Shown one piece after another: positions 63,811 through 64,000 of a stretch of DNA of 64,000 nucleotides (the first letter of the stretch is position 1; every line of letters starts with the position of its first letter). Source of the stretch: Chlorokybus atmophyticus. Its lineage: Eukaryota > Plantae > Mesostigma and Chlorokybus algae. The notes beneath the pieces were generated by a model, which was not told the origin of the DNA, searched no databases, and saw nothing but the letters and a program-made list of their open reading frames with translations. The stretch lies in NCBI GenBank assembly GCA_009103225.1, contig RHPI01000160.1:17860-81859 (forward strand), in the 5' to 3' direction. A program made the translations under genes and the position numbers.

Positions 63811-64000
63811 TGAAGCGCCCGGGAGGTGTGACAACACGCACACGCAATTGTGCACGCACACGCATGCACACATGCACGTGCACGCACGCCGCATACACAC
63901 GGCCTCCCGCCCGCTCGCCCGCCCGCGTGTGCGTATTAGCGCATGCACGCCGCACATACACAGCCTCATACACTCACGCACGCGCAAGCCACACACACAG

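Overview
Intron-rich eukaryotic nuclear DNA; the gene set and short GT-AG introns full of CA/GT repeats suggest a green alga or streptophyte (inference). The left half (about 1-34 kb) is genic. It holds a decayed intron-bearing MutS2 pseudogene, then four apparently intact genes in a row: ALDH3-type aldehyde dehydrogenase (-), RDH12/TIC32-like short-chain dehydrogenase (+), chlorophyllase (+) and a full-size ABCG/PDR transporter (+). Small inverted-repeat elements lie between them. The right half (about 34-60 kb) is a nest of transposons. A decayed Ty3/Gypsy element carries a C5-cytosine DNA methyltransferase between protease and RT and a PHD finger fused to its integrase. A young Ty1/Copia element (424-bp LTRs, 2 mismatches, ACAGG TSD) is inserted in the Gypsy RT, which also contains a 144-bp foldback inversion. 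There are two solo-LTR-like inserts with 5-bp TSDs and a decayed CACTA transposase. An unidentified multi-exon gene starts near the right end. Exon boundaries were read by eye from splice sites and frame continuity; no searches were run. Best leads: the DNMT+PHD retrotransposon (the general class has precedent in charophytes) and a possible chlorophyll/phytol catabolic gene cluster (hypothesis only).
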